64,000 nucleotides of DNA from Hemiscyllium ocellatum (taxonomy: Eukaryota), in NCBI RefSeq assembly GCF_020745735.1, contig NC_083405.1, forward strand, positions 95,608,135 through 95,672,134. The letters are read 5' to 3'. Shown one piece after another: positions 39,270-52,400 of this stretch. A program made the position numbers and the translations under genes. The notes beneath the pieces were generated by a model. It searched no databases and had not been told where the DNA came from. It saw only the letters and a list, made by a program, of their open reading frames with translations. The stretch's first letter is position 1. Every line of letters starts with the position of its first letter.

Positions 39270-40490
39270 GTGCTGTGGGGATCTCTTTACCCAAGGCAGA
39301 AGATGAAGTATTCTGGCTAGAGTATGGCGATGGAAGAGGCCCAGCAATGTCCTTGGTGGAGTGGGTAGGGGAGTTGACATGTTTGGCCACAGGGCAGTGG
39401 GGTTGTTTAGCGTGTGAACTTACCTCTGCGTAGCTTGACACTGTCCAGGATCTCCCCATGCATGTTTTGGACACCACCCATGCCCTCCAGTTCCTCCATG
39501 ACTTTCATTTCCCTGGCCCCCAATGCCTCTTCCCTATGGACATCCAGTCCCTGTATACCTTTGTTCGCCATGACGAAGGGCTCTCAGCCCACTGTTTCTT
39601 CCTATCCCGCCCACCCAACTAGTATCCTTCCAATGATACACTCATTCGATTGGCAGACCTGGCCCTCCCTCCAACAATTTTTCTCCTTCGAATCCCCCCA
39701 CTTCCTCCAGACCAAAGAGATAGTCATGGGCCCCAGCTATGCCTCCCTGTTCGTCAGGTATGTGGAACAGTCCATCTTCCACAGCTATACCACCACACCT
39801 GCCTTTTCCTCTCCTACATCTATGACAGTATTGGCACTGCCTCGTGCTCCCACGAGGAAGTTAAACAGTTCATCAACTTTATAAACACCTTCCATCCTGA
39901 CCTCCAGTTCACCTGGACTATTTCAGACACTCCCCTCCCCTTCCTGGATCTCTCCGTTTCCATTTCCGGCAATCGACTCAATATGGACATCTACTTCAAA
40001 CCTACCAATTCCTACAGCTACCTGGACTGCACCTCCTCCCACCATGCCTCCTGTAAAAATGCTATCCCTTATTCCCAACTCCTCTGCCTCTCGGAGGATG
40101 AACTCTACCATAGAACACCCCAGATGGTGGCCGCCTCCTAAGACCACAACTTTCCATCCGACATGGTCGTCAATGCCCTGCAGTATATCTCCTTCACTTT
40201 CCACACCTCCACCCTTGAACCCCACTCCTCCAATTGTAACAAGGTCAGAACCCCCCGGTCTTCACCTTCCACCCCACCAACCTCCGGATACATTACATCA
40301 TCATCCTCCACCATTTCTGCCACCAGTAAACAGACCCCACCCCTAGGGATATATTTCCTTTCCCATCCCTATCTGAGTTCCAGAAAGACTATTCCCTCCG
40401 CCACTCCCTTGTTAGCTCACGTCCCCCACCAACTCACCCTCTTTTCCTGGTACCTTCCACTGCCACTGCAAGCGGTGCAAAACATAGCAA
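39270..40490 (+). mobile_element. PLE RT region (degenerate) with an inverted GIY-YIG-region piece at its 5' side
   Basis: Motifs MDIQSLYT, MGPSYASLF, YIYD (from YIDD), LPFLDL, IYFKPT and KNAIPYSQ. 39270-39415 is antisense to the sequence family at 20380-20520. Confidence 0.88.
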
Positions 40491-40608
40491 CCCACCCAGG
40501 TCGTCTCTTCTGCCCCATCTTTTACTAATGATCCAGGGACCTGGGTTTGAATCACACCTTAGCAGATAAAATTTAGATTCAATTTTAAATTGAGAGTCTA
40601 CTGATGAA

Positions 40609-40805
40609 GGAGAAAGTGAGGTCTGCAGATGCTGGAGATCAGAGCTGAAAATGTGTTGCTGGAAAAGCACAGCAGGTCAGGCAGCATCCAAGGAACAGGA
40701 GATTCGACATTTCAGGCATTCCTGAAGAAGGGCTTATGCCCGAAACGTCGAATCTCCTGTTCCTTGGATGCTGCCTGACCTGTGTTTTTCCAGCAACACA
40801 TTTTC
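40609..40805. mobile_element. Young palindromic PLE pLTR insertion with 14-bp TSD
   Basis: TSD agtc(t/c)actgatgaa at 40595-40608 and 40806-40819. The arms are nearly perfectly complementary. Confidence 0.9.
40718..40753 (+). ncRNA. Minimal type I hammerhead ribozyme (PLE-associated, short stem III)
   Basis: AUUC-CUGAAGA-A-GGGC(UUAU)GCCC-GAAAC-GUC^GAAU. Stem I is AUUC/GAAU, the core is intact, and a palindromic ACGU replaces stem III. Confidence 0.8.
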
Positions 40806-40984
40806 AGTCCACTGATGAAACCAATACAGATTGTCGGGAAGGAAACTGCCATCCTTACCTGGTCTGGCTTATGTGATTCTGGATCCATAGCAATGTGGTT
40901 GATTTTTAACTGCCCTCTGGGCAATTAAGGTTCAGCAGTAAATGCCGGCCTGTCGTGCCTACATCCTGTGAATGAATAATTTTG

Positions 40985-41935
40985 TCTTAAATTGGTGCCC
41001 CTTTATTCTGGCACTGTGCTCTTGGTCCTAGATTCTGAATGAGATGAAACAGCCTTTCAGCATTTGCATCAAGCCCCTTAAGAATCCTGTCTGCCTTAAT
41101 GAAATCACCTTTCATTCTTGTTAAAATCCCGTTAGTCTTTGTTTTAGTTTTGCTTGTAGAATAATCCCTCCATATTGGAGATCTTTGTAGTTAAACTTCT
41201 CTGAACTGCCTCCAATGAAATTTTATCCTCCCTTAAATAAGGGAATGAAAACTGCTCACAGTTGTCTGAATGTGGTCTCACCAGCACTCTATACAGTTGA
41301 ACTTCTCAACTCTTACATTCCAAACAATATTCCATCAGCCTTCCTGATTACCTGTTACCCCCGTGTGCGAGCTTCCTGTCTTTGATGCTGCAGCCTTTTG
41401 CAGTTTTTTCCATTTACATAATATTCTGTTCTTTTGTTCTGCCTCGCACAATAAACAAATTTGCATTTTCCCACCATACATATTATTTACCAATCTGTTG
41501 TCCATTTATTTAACCCATCAATGTATTTCTGTAAACTGTTGGTATTCCCCTCATTGCTTGCCCTTCCACTTGTTTCAGTATTGTCTGTAAATTTTGCTGT
41601 AGTGTGTCCACTCCGTGTCTCCATGTCATGAATATTTATTGTAAGTAGCTGAAGCCAGGTATGGGTATCTGTGGAACACCACTGCTTGCAGGTCACCAGC
41701 CTGAAAAAGAAGCTCTTGTCCACATTTTCTAATTCCTGCCTGTTAGCCAATTCTCCATCCGTGCCAATTTACTACTTTTAACCTTATGGGCTCTTCTCTT
41801 ATCACCAGACCTTTTGTGAGATACGTTGGCAAATGCCTTCTGAAAGTCTAAGGACAACACATCTACTGGTTACCCTTTATCTACTCTGGTTAAAACTCTC
41901 TTAAAAGAACTCAATAAATTAATCAGACATGAATC
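40985..41935 (-). mobile_element. Old CR1-type LINE fragment
   Basis: Antisense degenerate RT (AKFTDNT resembling KFADDT; DFQKAF region near 41830-41850). Confidence 0.6.
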
Positions 41936-44900
41936 GAGCAATCTCAGATCTTCCAGTGTGACAGAAGCAGCAGAATGTAATGTTCATTTTTTTAAAAAAA
42001 AGCTAGAGAAGTGGCATGTCAAGATGAAGATACCATTTCTCCAACCTTTCTTGTTTTCTACATATAAATGATTTTACAGCCTGGCAACCAACATAAGTCA
42101 CCATACGCAGCAAACCTTATGAATGATCCTGATCCCAGACAAGTTCAGTGGGGCTTGCTTGGAGTCCTTGTCCCTACCACTGAGCCAAGTCTAGAGGCTG
42201 TCTGCTAAGCTATAGTGGGCTGTGAAAATCCAGTCCTTAATTTCCACAAGTTTGGTCTCTTGTGTTGTGTCTTACAGTCAGAATGTCAGTCTACCTTTTA
42301 AGAGGTATCATTCATGTGTCATAGCATATGACCTGTATATCTCATATCCATCTTGCCTCTGATCATTTGAAACGTTACTCTCGCTTGAAAGTGGCTTCTC
42401 TGCTGTAAACATAATCACTTATTCTTGGTACAGACACTTGTGTGTCTGTTGTAGTAAATGTCTTTGAATTCACTAGTACTACAGTATCCAGTCCCACTTA
42501 TGATACGGGCGTAACATAATCATTGCATCAGGTAATACGTGGAGATAAATGCATGCCATTCTGGAGGGTATCTCTGCAATAATGCAACCATTGGATGCTG
42601 CAAAGAGGGTATGTTATGATCTTACTGTATGGGTCAGTTAGGATGAGATGAATGGACTTTTTTATCTCATGTGATTTTATATTAAAAATACATTCTTGAT
42701 CTTTAGTCAGTTCACTTATCCTGTATTTTGAGCTTGGAATCTTTTGCTAATCTGAGGTGCATTTCAACTAATGTTATTTTTTTTTACAAGTCTAAATCTG
42801 TGATTTAAGCCTACTTTTTCCATCAAATAAAATGTGTGGCTTCCCAGCTGAATGCTTTGTGCTCTAATCTTGGTATGCTTTGATGTTATCCCTACCATTT
42901 TTACACAATGTATTTACTGGAGTATTTTTTATCATGACATTTTTGAGTACGTGGTAAGGTGATTGGGGCAAATTTCAAATTCTACCCTCTTTGCCCCAAC
43001 ACACAGAATTGTTGCTGTACAAAAAGCACAAAAACTAACTGGGAAGCCCAAGGCCAACGTAAAATTGATCCTTTTGAATTTTACTTATTTGGATAAACTG
43101 TTGGCACCATTTGCAGCATGTTAATTCTGGATCACTCTGCTTGCCAGCTCTCTGGTAAATGCTGGGGATCATGTCCATTCACTAGCAAGAGGAGCATTTT
43201 GGGATTAGGAGGGACATTCCTGATCAATTTGGCTCTGTGATTTTAACAAGAAACCTTTTGCAACTTGTCATTTCATTGACCAGGCTGCATCTGTGTAAAA
43301 TCTGAGTGATGCAGCGTTCTATCTGGTCTGGGTCTGGATACAGTCAATGAACAGCAGCCTCCATTCTCAAAGACTAGCTAAAACCAATGTTGGGGCCCTT
43401 TTCAGACACTAATGACAGACTCAAATGCCTGTTTTACAAACTCTGTTGCCAGAGAATGACCTGGGATGTTTTTCCAATGTTCCTGGGTCACAGAGCATAA
43501 CCCTGTGAAACGTAGTCAACCAGAAAGAGGCCTGCAATCAATGTACCGCTCACTCTGTCCTTGCTGTCAAAGTCGAGATTTCTAAGTAGAACTAAGGGGA
43601 GCTTTAATAACAGCACTGTCTCTGTTTTATAGCGTTAATTGAATAAAGCTGCTGTGTCGACAAACATTGTGTTCTCTATGCTTGAAGACTTTATATGTAA
43701 ACTAACCAAGCACGTGAAAGAACAAATGAATACTAGTAGTTGCAAATATTGGGCCTATTCCGGCTGATATAATTAATAAAACCTATTCAAGTACAAATAA
43801 GAGGTACTTTTTACTCTTGATAGTATTTCCTTCTGACAATATTGATTCATTGTTGTGTTCCACCCACCACTGCCAACTGCAAGCAGTTATTTATGTTTGA
43901 GCTTTGACAATGACTAGCAGCATGGACATTAGCCTGCCCTTTCAGATATTTTGCATGTGCCTATATGTACTTTCTGACCAGGGTTTGTGTATAGTGACCA
44001 GTAGAGGGAGCCCAACCTGAGTTGTGTTTTGCTCTTTGGGACTGGAATGGGAGCAGCAGAAAAAAAGGCAAGAGGGGAGATGAGACCAATTGCTTTGCCC
44101 AGAATCCTCACTCAAGTTATTGGACTCGGGACAAACTGGATGTCTGTGATGTTATCTTAGCTGTGTAGATCAATTTCCAGTTGAATAAGCTCCATGCGTA
44201 AAATTGTCTCTTAAAGTAAACGATATAGCTCTTTTAAAACAAATTGAATTATAAACTTAAAGTACCAATCCTCACCCTCCCATCCTGCTGTAAATAACAG
44301 GTGTGTGCTAAATGAAGCAAATTATAACCTTGTTTGAAGTAGTTCCAAGCTGAGCAGAATTTTAATTAAGTTCAACTGACATGGAGCTAGAGCCAGATGT
44401 AAGTGAAGGACAGTCATGCTTACAAATAAGACTTTTCCCAAAGAAATCAATGCTGTCTCTATGTGATGGGACATTGCTCAGAGTGATGCTTTATTAAAAT
44501 TGACAGAATGGAATGCCTACTGAGTGAAATATATCCCTTGGAAGGAACTGGTTATCAACCAGCTTCAGCAAATAACAGGTATCAGAGCATTGTGTTTGAA
44601 GGCAGAGCCCACTAGTTGTGATAATGAGCAAATTGAGGGAAAAAAAAAGTTCCTGTAGATGGAAATTTCACTATCTAATCACTGCATCAATTTAGCCAAC
44701 AAATTATACAGTTAAGAATGGTTAAAGTTGACTTTGCAGTTAGGGCTAGTCTGCATCAGGGTTTGCCTGTTCCTTATTTATGTTGAAATGCACCATTTGA
44801 GTTCAGATTTATTTCTGATCAGGTGCTGCCCTCTTGTGTTCAATGAAAAATTTTACTTTCTCCTCTTTGGATTTTCTCCCTCAAAGTTGCTAACTCTGGT

Positions 44901-45293
44901 TCCTATAAATTCCTATAAATACTTCTATGTGGTTGGTCAAGATGCTCCTACCTCCGAATGACTTTAGTGCCAGAATGGTCAATCTCTTTACCAATAGCAA
45001 AGAACCACAACTGCTGAAAATCAAAAACACAAAGTACTCAGCACTTAGGTGGTCAGGCAGTGTCTGTGAAGAAAACAGACCAAGTAGTGTTTTAAACATG
45101 GAACCTTAATGGTTTTATCCTGAAGGCTTCTGAAAACACACCACTTTTTCTCACATTCCATGAAACCACTGACTTGCTGCACATGGCGGGAAAATGTTTC
45201 ACATGGGCAACAAGAACATCGAAGCAGTTTCACTATCAAAAGTTGGAAAGCAGAATTATTACTGCTCTAATTTTTTTTTGTGTGTGTGTACAG

Positions 45294-45424
45294 TGGTTTA
45301 GAGAAATCCATAGATGGCCTGAGTAAGGATGCCTCTTCAACCCAGCAAACAATCACATTAAAAGATGTGGAGGAGGGTGCAGTTGCTCTGCGTCAGGTTG
45401 GAGAATGTCTGGCAGGCCTAAAAG
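45294..45424 (+). CDS. KIAA1217: KIAA1217 internal coding exon C
   Basis: Splice sites gtacAG|T and AAAG|gtaagg. Encodes (C)GLEKSIDGLSKDASSTQQTITLKDVEEGAVALRQVGECLAGLK. 'TLKDVEEGA..LRQVGE' is SKT-like rather than SRCIN1-like. Phase 2 to 1. Confidence 0.92.
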
Positions 45425-45944
45425 GTAAGGTACTATATAAGAACATTGGGAATGCTGACAAAAGCAACGAGGTAAAATGATGCATACCCACCACACCGTT
45501 CATTGCTGACCTACATCAATGCCTGATCTGCCAATATCTCTGCCAAAACACAAGAAGTGTTTAAAGTAGCCTTGTATTTCAATTATTTCATAGCTTCACC
45601 ACTCCCTTCCTCCTGGACAACAACCTCCACAGTATTCTTCTTTCTTAACCCTTTTATACTTCTTTCACTGCACTGGTAGTAGTTATGCATCAGCTTCATA
45701 GGGTTCATGTGTTGGATTTCAATTTCTATCTTGTCCCACTGCTGATAACCACCCACTCCCAAAATTCCAGCATCCTTAACAAACAGCCCTGAACCAATTT
45801 GGCCTCCTATAATTATGCTTTCATTAAACTCATTGGGATGTTTTTCTATGTCAAAGGTATTCTATAAATTCAAGTTCTAACCATGTTTCATGTCCTAAAT
45901 TGTTTAGAATTCTATTAGGTAGATGACTGTTTTTGTTTCTTTTA

Positions 45945-46150
45945 GAAACAGAAAGTTCTGGGGAAACAAGGTCTGGCAGCATCAATACAGAGAGAAACCA
46001 TTAACACTTTAAGTTGAGTATTACTTCTTCAAATCTGGATTTGAAGTATTGTCTGATTCGACTTGAAATGTTAACTCTCTCAACAGAAGCTTCCTGACCT
46101 GCTGAGTGTCCGCAGCACTTTGCTTTTATTATAGAGTTCAGTATCTGCAA
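45945..46150. mobile_element. Older palindromic PLE pLTR remnant (related remnants near 24230, 29400, 45030 and 47150)
   Basis: ggtctggcagcatc...ttaacactttaagttga vs tcgacttgaaatgttaac...cctgacctgctgagt. Confidence 0.5.
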
Positions 46151-46597
46151 ACTCTTGAGTTTGTTTTGTACTTTTTTCCCACTAATATGTACAGTTGCTT
46201 GCATTGTTGGTGTTGTCTCCTTTATTTCTAAATACAACTTGCATTCGAAAAGGACCTTGTCAAAATTTGTAAAACATTGTGATTCATCAAATATCATTTG
46301 TGATATTTTGTTGTGCTGTTGCCAAAGTAATAGTGGTAAGTAGCTATTGGCATCCTGCTTTATCAATAAGCTGCACCATCTCTGATACTATTATATTGTG
46401 CTTGGAGCACAGAAACAGGTCATTCTGCCCACAAGCTCTGGGCAGAATAGTTGGGTAAAGACAACTGTTAATGTTGGGAAGGCAGAAAACCAGCTGCAAA
46501 TAAGAATTCTTTTGACCTTGTTCTTGGTTTGTAAGGTACCAGAAATGTTCCTTGTGTACGTACAGTTTGAAAGTTTCGGCTTGTGTCTTTATTCCAG

Positions 46598-46745
46598 CCG
46601 AGTTCCCAGCTTTACAGAATAAAATGCGGGCAGTACTCCGTGTGGAGGTAGAAGCAGTGAAGTTCTTAAAGGAAGAGCCTCACAAGTTGGAGAGTCTACT
46701 AAAGAGAGTCAAAAGTATGACGGAGGTGCTCACAGGTTTAAGAAG
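46598..46745 (+). CDS. KIAA1217: KIAA1217 internal coding exon D
   Basis: Splice sites ttccAG|CC and AGAAG|gtaact. Encodes (A)EFPALQNKMRAVLRVEVEAVKFLKEEPHKLESLLKRVKSMTEVLTGLR, very close to the SKT motif. Phase 1 to 2. Confidence 0.95.
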
Positions 46746-47379
46746 GTAACTGCTAAAAGAACAAAATCTTTGTTATATTTATTGTATTGTGGTCATCGTT
46801 GTTTAACAAAATATTTTTCATTTGTCGAGAAATATTGCTATTTGATTACAGGCTGTTTATTAACATTTTGATATAGTGCTTCATATCTGAAGAGGACTGG
46901 GAAATGGCAATTTTTCTGCAGTTGAGGAGCAGCTAGTCAGTGCCACCTCAAAAGCCAAAGGCAAAGCTTGTGTTAATATAGAGGGAGAGATGAAAAATAG
47001 ATAGGAGGTGGAAGATTCTCCTGTACACAGTTATTTTACATCTGCAACTTGCCTTTACCATCATAAATACCTCCCTTGTCTTGTGGTCTGGGTACCCTCA
47101 CCAGTTGTTCCACTTGCTGCTCCTCCCTCTCTGTCAGCAGCATAAAAATCACGATTTTCTTGCACTGTTTAGTTCTGAAGACTTGAAACATTTTCCACTT
47201 CACAAATGCTGCCAGAGCTGCTAATTTTTATCTTGAATATTTTCTGCTTTTGTTTTAGATTTTTCAGCATCCATAGCATTTTGCTTTTATTTGACTATTG
47301 ATTGCCCTGTTTAGTTGTCTTTTGAGTCCTTCTATATTGTGAAGACTTAGCTACGAAGAATGATATATATTCTGATGAC

Positions 47380-48748
47380 TTTTTTGTGCATTGTCACAAA
47401 AAGGATGTTGTGACCGTTTTGGAGACGTGGATAGAGCAGGGACAGGAATGGTTGTTGCAGGTTATGGGGTTTAGATGTTTAACTAAGAACAAGGAAGGTG
47501 GTAAAAGAGGGGGAGGTATGGCATTAGTCAAAGACAATGTTACAGTGACAGGATGTTTGAGGACGACTCTACTGAGGTAGTATAGGCTGAGGTTAGAAAC
47601 AGGAAAGGAGAGGTCATCCTGCTGGAAGTTTTCCGTAGACATCCGAAAAATTCCAGAGATGTAGAGAAAGGGATTGCAAAGATGATTCTAGATTAGAGCG
47701 AAAGTACAGGGTAGTTGTGATGAGGGCTTTAGCTTTCCAAATATTGACTGGAAATAGTTTGAGCACTTTTAGATGGGTCAGTTTTTGTCCAATGAGTCCA
47801 AGGAGATAGGTGAGGTTCTTAAAGAATTTTTTTTGTCTTTTTCCTGTGCGAATACTGACAATGTTGTGGAGGAGGAAATTGAGATTCAGGCTATTAGACT
47901 AGATGGGATTGAAGCTCATGAGGAGGTATTAGCAATTCTGGAAAATGTGAAAATAGTTAATACCCCTGGGCTGGATGGGATTTATCCAAGGATTCTCTGG
48001 GAAGCTAAGGAGGAGATTGCAGAACCTTTGGTTTTGATCTTTGTCATCATTGTCTACAAGAGTAGTGCCAGAAGACTGGAGGATAGTAAATATTCCCTTA
48101 TTCAAGAAGGGGAGTAGAGACAACCCTGGTAATTATAGACCAGTAAGCCTTACTCCAGTTGTGGGTAAACTGTTGGAAAATATTATAAGAGATAGGATTT
48201 ACCATCATCTAGAAAGGAATAAGTTGATTAGGGGTAGTCAACACTTTTGTGAAGGGTAGATTGTGCCTCTCAAACCTTATTGAGTTCTTTCAGAAGGTGA
48301 GCAAACAGGCAGATGAGGGTAAAGCCTTTGTGGTGCATATGGATTTCAGTAAAGCATTTGGTGAGGTTCCCCATGGTAGCGTATTGCAGAAAATACAAAG
48401 GCATGGGATTGAGGGGGATTTAGCAGTTTGGATCAGAAATTTGCTAGCTGAAAGAAGACAGAGGGTGGTGGTTGTTGGGAAATGTTCATCCTGGAGTTCA
48501 GTTACTAGTGGTGTATTGCAAGGATCTGTTCTGGGTCCACTGTTTGTCATTTTCATAAATGACCTGGATGAGGGTGTAAAAGGATAGGTTAGTAAATTTG
48601 CAGATGACACTAATGTCGGTGGAGTTGTGGACAGTGCCAAAAAATGTTGCAGGTTACAGAGGGACAAAGATAAGCTGCAGACCTGGGTTGAGATGGCAAA
48701 TGAGTTTAGTGTGGAAAAGTGTGAGCTGATTCACTTTGGAAGGAGTAT
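47380..48748 (+). mobile_element. CR1 ORF2 fragment with internal deletion
   Basis: Motifs GKRGGG.AL, FSFPNIDW, PGLDGIYPRIL, NYRPVSLT, MDFSKAF, QGSVLGP and KFADDT. Confidence 0.85.
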
Positions 48749-49203
48749 TGTGTGTTAAAAAATGTAGCTAGTCTTTGATCCCAACCCTGCTCACGAACTC
48801 CAGCATCTAATAATTCCCTCGAATTTACCTATTTCTGGTCTTTATGAAAACTGCTATTTCTCATCTTAAGTCTTTATACTCTTTTAATAGCCATGAACGT
48901 GTTTATGCTGATCTTGTGTTATACAGCTTTTAAACTTGACTATAGAATTTCTTCATCAAATCTTAAAAGTAGATCTTCAAGACATTTGTGCAACCCTGAG
49001 TGCATCTATTTCCTCTGTATTGGAAACAGTAGATCTAATCTTTGTCAGGATGTCTGAGGGTCGCGCTATCCTAGCACTTAAGAATTGTAACTTAATTGAG
49101 TTATTATTGAGGAGGCTAATGAGTTCAGACAGGCACAGTAATAACACTAATGATTTCAGAACAGCTTTTACCAACACTCCTGAGTTTGTAGACAGCACTG
49201 ATA

Positions 49204-49265
49204 CCATCTTCCCATCTTCCCATCTTCCCATCTTCCCATCTTCCCATCTTCCCATCTTCCCATCT
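49204..49265. repeat. (CCATCTTC)n octamer tandem repeat, about 7.7 copies
   Basis: Perfect tandem units read directly. Confidence 0.95.
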
Positions 49266-49440
49266 CCCAACTCCCTTAGACTTGAATCATGATCTTCCAT
49301 AGTTTAATGCATGTGATCTGCTCTCTCCCTTCAGTCACTTATGACCACTTGCAGGTACATACACTGACTACAGAAATGAAGCAGACTGGTAGTTTACTAC
49401 TTACTCTACAGGATTATGAAGCTTATATGGGTGTTACAGA

Positions 49441-52400
49441 ATCATAGAGATGTACAGCATGGAAACAGACCCTTTGGTCAGTATGGATGGGTTGGATCAG
49501 ATATCCCAAGCCAATCTAGTCCCACCTGCCAGCACCTGGCCCATATCCCTCCAAACCCTTCCTATTCATTTACCCATCCAAATACCTCTTAAATGTTGCA
49601 ATTGTACCAGCCTTCACTTCGTCTGGCAGCTCATTCCATACACGTACCACCTTCTGTGTGAAACATTTGCCCCTTAGGTCTCTTATATTTCCCCTCTCAC
49701 CCTAAACATCTATAAGGTCACCCCTCAGCCTCTGACGGTCCAGGGAAACAGCCCCAGCCTGTTAAGCCTCTCCCTATAGCTCAAATCTTCCAACCCTGGC
49801 AACATCCTTGTAAATCTTTTCTGAACCCTTTCAAGTTTCTCAACATCTTTTCTATAGGAGGGAGATCAAAATTGCATGCAATATTCCAACAGCGGCCTAA
49901 CCAATGTCCTGTACAGCTGCAACATGACCTCCCAACTCCTGTACTCAATATTCTGACCAAAGAAAGAAAGCATACCAAAAGCCGCTTTCACTATCCTATT
50001 TACCTGCGACTCCACTTTCAAGGAGCAATTAACCTGTACTCCAAGGTCTCTTTGATCAGCAACACTCTTGAGGACCTTACCATTAAGTGTATAAGTCCTG
50101 CTAAGATTTGCTTTCCCAAAATGCAGCACCTTGCATTTATCTGAATTAAACTCCATCTGCCATTTCTCAGCCCATTGGCCCATCTGATCAATATCCTGTT
50201 GTAATCTGAGGTACCCTCTTTGCTGTTCACTACACCTCCAAGTTTGGTGTCATCTGCAAACTTACTGTGTACCTCTCATGTTCGCATCCAAATCATTTCT
50301 GTAAATGACAAAAGGTAGAGGACTCAGCACCGATCCTTGTGGTACTCCACTGGTCAGAGGCCTCCAGTCTGAAAAACAACCCTCCACCACCACCCTCTGT
50401 CTTCTACCTTTGAACCAGTTCTGTATCCAAATGGCTAGTTCTCCCTGCGTTCTGTGATATCTAACCTTGCTAATCAGCCTCCCATGGGGAACCTTTTCGA
50501 ATGCCTCACAAGTCCATATAGATCACGTCCACTACTCTGTCCTCATCAATCTTCTTTGTTACTACTTCAAATAAAACTCAGTCAACTTTGTGAGACATGA
50601 TTTCCCACGCAGAAAACCATGTTGACTATCCCTAATCCGTCCTTGCCTTTCCAAATACATGTACATCCTGTCCCTCAGGATTCCCTCCAACAACTTGTCC
50701 ACCACTGACGTCAGGATCAGTGGTCTATAGTTCTCTGGCTTGTCCTTACCACCTTTCTTAAACAGTGGCACCACGTTAGCCAGCTTAGTCTTCCAGCACC
50801 TCACCTGTGACTGTCGACAATACAAATATCTCAGCAAGAGGCCCAGCAATCACTTCTCTAGCTTCCCACAGATTTTTAGGGTACACCTGGTCAGGTCCTG
50901 GGTATTTATCCATCTTGATGCACTTCAAGACAACTAGCACTTCCTCCTCTGTAATATGGACATTTTTCAAGATAACACCATCTATTTCCCTACAGTCTAT
51001 ATCTTCATATCCTTTTCCACAGTAAATACTGATGCAAAATATTCATTTAGTATCTCCCCCATCTCCTGTGGCTCCACACAAAGGCCGCCTTGCTGATCTT
51101 TGAGGGGCCCTATTCTCTCCCTAGTTACCCTTTTGTCCTTAATATATTTGTAAAAACCCTTTGGATTCTCCTCAATTTTATTTGCCAAAGCTATCTCATG
51201 TCCCCATTTTGCCCTCCTGGTTTTCCTCTTAAGTGTACTCCTACTTTCTTTATACTCTTCTAAGTTTTCTCTCGATCCAGCCTGTCTATACATTACATGT
51301 GCTTCCTTCTTTTTCTTAACCAAGCCTTCAATTTCTTTAGTCATCCAGCATTCCTTACACTACCAGCCTTTGCTTTCACCCTGATAGGAATATTCATTCT
51401 CTGGACTCTCGTCTCATTTCTGAAGGCTTCACATTTTCCAGCCATCCTGCGAACATCTGCCCCCAATCAGCTTTCAAACGTTCTTGCCTAATACCGTCAA
51501 AATTGGCTTTTCTCCAGTTTAGAACTTCAACTTTCAGATCTGGTCTATCCTTTTCCATCATTATTTTAAATCTAATAGAATTATGGTCGCTGGCCCCAAA
51601 GTGCTCCCCCACTGACACCTCAGTCACCTATCCTGCCTTATTTCCCAAGCATAGGTGAAGTTTTGCACCTTCTGTAGTAGGTACATCCGCATGCTGAATC
51701 AGAAAATTGTCTTGTACGCACTTAAGAAACTCCCCTGCATCTAAACCCTTAATACTATGGCAGTCCCAGTCTATGTTTGGAAAGTTAAAATCCCCTAACA
51801 TAGCCACTCTATTATTCTTATAGATAACTGAGATCTCCTTACAAGTTTGTTTCTCAATTTCCCTTTGACTATTAGGGGGTCTATAATACAATGCCAATAA
51901 GGTGATCATCCCTTTCTTATTTCTCAGTTCCACCCAAATAACTTCCCTGGATGTATTTCCAGGAATATCCTTCCTCAGCACAGCTGTAATGCTATCCCTT
52001 ATCAAAAATGCCACTTCCCCTCCTCTCTTGCCTCCCTTTCTATCCTTCCTGTAGCATTTGCATCCTGGAACATTTAAGCTGCCAGTCCTGCCCATCCCTG
52101 AGCCATGTTTCTGTAATTGCCATGATATCCCAGTCCCATGTTCCTAACCATGCCCGGAGCTCATCTGCCTTCCCTTTGCATTGAAATAAATGCAGTTTAA
52201 TTTATTAGTCGTACCTATTCCTTGCCTGCCCTGACTGTTTGACTTGCTTCTGTTCTCAACTGTACCAGTGTCGGATTGATCGCTTTCCTCAATATCTCCC
52301 TGGGTCCCAAACCAACCACCCCGCCCCCACTGCCCACCTTACCAGTTTAAATCCACCTGAGCAGCTCTAGCAAATTTCCCTGCCAGTATATTAGTCCCCT

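Larger units (their letters stand above)
40525..40980 (+). mobile_element. tRNA-derived SINE (third family), interrupted by a PLE
   Basis: B-box-like gggtttgaatc, with core and tail shared with 15708-16050. Confidence 0.65.

Noticed and set aside
48936-49300. ORFs of 107-118 aa around the CCATCTTC repeat
   Set aside because: Their length is inflated by the stop-free tandem repeat, and no domain is recognisable.
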